Shown here piece after piece: positions 47,201-50,200 of a stretch of 64,000 nt of DNA (positions are counted from its first letter, which is position 1; every line of letters begins with the position of its first letter). Below the pieces are notes generated by a model. It worked only from the letters and a program-made list of their open reading frames with translations, searched no databases and was not told where the DNA came from. The position numbers were made by a program, and so were the translations under genes. The DNA is from Candidatus Hydrothermarchaeales archaeon (GTDB lineage: Archaea > Hydrothermarchaeota > Hydrothermarchaeia > Hydrothermarchaeales > JAZGAD01): the NCBI GenBank assembly GCA_036444275.1, contig JAZGAD010000014.1, positions 8,131-72,130 on the forward strand. Direction: 5' to 3'.

Positions 47201-50200
47201 CGCCCCGAATGGTAGCTTCAGCAATAACGTGACTGAAGGATACTCCCGCACCTTCTACGCAAGGTTCTATGACCTTGAGATAAGTGCGTTTGGCCATGTC
47301 ATAAAATTCGAGAACCTGAATGTGAGTGACCACTTGAACGATCCAATACGCCTCGACGAGTTCAAGGAGGGCGATATCTCAGAGAACAACTTGAATCTAC
47401 CTCTCGGAAGAAGGCTTCTGAAAGGCATTGGGGTTAAGACCAACTTTACGAATCTGACTACGGAGAAGGTGACTTTGATCCTCAACTACTCCGGTACAGT
47501 GCCAAATGATGAGGACTCGATAAAGATATACAGGTGCCCTGGCTCAAGCTGGACCTTCGAGCCAGATAGCGCGAGGGGATGCACAAACTGGGAGGAACTC
47601 GGAGGTACCCCATACAAGCCGGCGCAGACCATACAATTTGAGGTTGAAAACTTCTCAGCCTACGCTATCACCGAGGAAAAGCCAACAGTGCCTCAGATAA
47701 CTCTTACCGCTCCAACGGGCGGCGAGACATGGGCCGACAATCAGAGCATTACCTATACCTACTATGATCCAAACGGCAACAACCTGGATGTCTACATATG
47801 GTATAGCAACGACTCCGGTGCGACATGGAACTATATATATAATAAGACTTACACCGACACTGGTACTCAGAAGACAGGTTCCTATTCTTGGGATACTACA
47901 AGCAGACCAGATGGAAGCTACCTGATCAACATCACCGTCACAGATACAGATGGAATGACGAATGAAGACATCTCTGGAGCTTCCTTCACCATAGACAATA
48001 TCGACGATGATCCACCTACGGTAACCCTCACAAAGGAGCCCTCGGATTCGACGTGTTCCCAAGACCTATTCTTTGAGGGAAAGGCAATCGATGCGAGATC
48101 AAACATCAGCGCAGTAGAATACCGGGTGGACGGCGGCAGTTGGATAAACGCTACTCCAATAGATGGTGCCTTCGATTCCCTAGAAGAAGAGTTCAACTTC
48201 ACCACAGGTACCCTATCCTTCGAGAGCCATGCCATCGAGATCAGGGCTAACGACAGTTCTGGCACATCTGGGTATTCAACACCCCTCTACAAACCCAAAG
48301 AGGTTACGAGGGCCTGCCAGGAGATAAAAATACCCTCCGGCGGAGGTGGCGGTGGAGGTGGCGGTGGAGGCATCTCCCCCACCTGCGGTAACGGCATTTG
48401 CCAGCCAGGTGAGAACAGTGAGAACTGCCCACTGGACTGCGCACCCACAAACGCGACGAACGCATCAGTGATCATGCAGAGGGAGATAGAGCGCCTACGT
48501 GAACAGCTCGAAGAGATCAGGCAGACGATAAGTGATACCGCGAATGAAACCGCTGAGAGGGTAAGGACGATGCCTACGATTTCTCCCTTCACGATACAGA
48601 CGAATCTCGCTGAGGTAGAGCTTCATCCAGGAGAAGAGAAGTGGTATTCCATCTGGATAAGCAACCACTTGAGCAGGGACCAGAAGGCAAGGCTCTCAGC
48701 CATGGGCGTTGGAGCGCAGTTCATCGAGATGTACGTAGATAGTGTCAAACTCTTCACCGAGGCGACTGTCACCCTAAAGCCGGAGAGCACGCAGCACATA
48801 AAGGTCAGGGTCTATTCCCTGCCGACAACGATACCAAGCATATACACTGCCGATATCCTTCTGAGGGTAAACGGCCAGAACCATACCATACCTGTGACCA
48901 TAACTATAACGCCTGAGAGAGAAGCCCTGCTCGATGTCAAGGTAGAGGCGCTGACCAAGAGGCTCACTCCAGGGAAGCTCATCAAATATCACGTCTCGCT
49001 TTACAATCTCGGCTTCAAGAAGAAGTTCGATGTGCACATGGTATACAAGATAAAGGACGTCGAAACAGAGAAACTCATCGACTGGTACGAAGAGGAGCTA
49101 GCCCTAGAGACGACGCTCTCCTTCGTGAAAACATATCCAATGGAGAACCTCACCCTCTCAATCGGCAGTTACTTCATTGAGATAGAGGCGATATACGAGA
49201 AAAATAGGACCGCTTCTGCAGCTGATATATTCGAGATAGTGCAGCCGTTCTGGAATAGAACGAGGAGGCTGGGTGTTCTAGCTCTCATCCTGCTCATTAC
49301 TGCCAGCGCAGCTGGATATAGAGCTAGAAAATGGTACTTAGCCCAGAAACTCGCGAAGGCCAGATACCTGTTCCCAGTCGCGGAGGATAAGCTCCCCAAG
49401 GGCGAGCTCTGGCTCGGCAAGATAGCTGAGACAGACATCAAGGCAACCTTCGATATGGACGACCTCATGGTGCACTGTATCACTGCTGGTGCAACCGGCT
49501 CTGGAAAGAGCGTCTCGGCCATGGTAATAGTTGAGGAGGTATTGAAGCAGAATATACCGGTAATAGTCTTCGATCCAACCGCGCAGTGGACAGGCTTCGT
49601 TAGGCCGTGTAGAGCAGAAAAGATGCTTGCTTTCTATCCCAACTTTGGGTTGAAGGAGACTGACGCTAGGCCCTTCAAGGGTATGATCTTCGAAGTGACT
49701 GATCCCTTCGAGATGGCTGATATAGACTACCGCAAGTACATGAATCCAGGCGAGGTAACAATATTCGCCTTGGACAAGCTCGAGCCGCAGGAGTTCGACA
49801 AGGCGGTAAAGAACATCATTGACGCGCTTTTCAAGATATCCTGGGAGGAGTCGCCTCACCTCAAGGTCCTTATAGTGATGGACGAGGTCCATAGGCTGCT
49901 TGAGAAATACCTGTCGATGGGCGGCATAGTCTCGGAACTGGAGGGCTATAAGTCCATCGAAAAGGCATGCAGAGAGTTCAGGAAGTGGGGTATAGGAATA
50001 ATCATGGCCTCCCAGATATTGTCTGATTTCAAGGAGACACTTAGAGGAAACGTCATGACTGAGATACAGCTCTTTACAAAGGCAGAGGAGGACCGGCAGA
50101 GGGTAGCTGACAAGTACGGCGCAGAGTACGCCCAGAGGATAACCAAACAGGAGGTGGGCGTTGCACTCGTGCAGAATCCGAAGTACAACGATGGTAAGCC

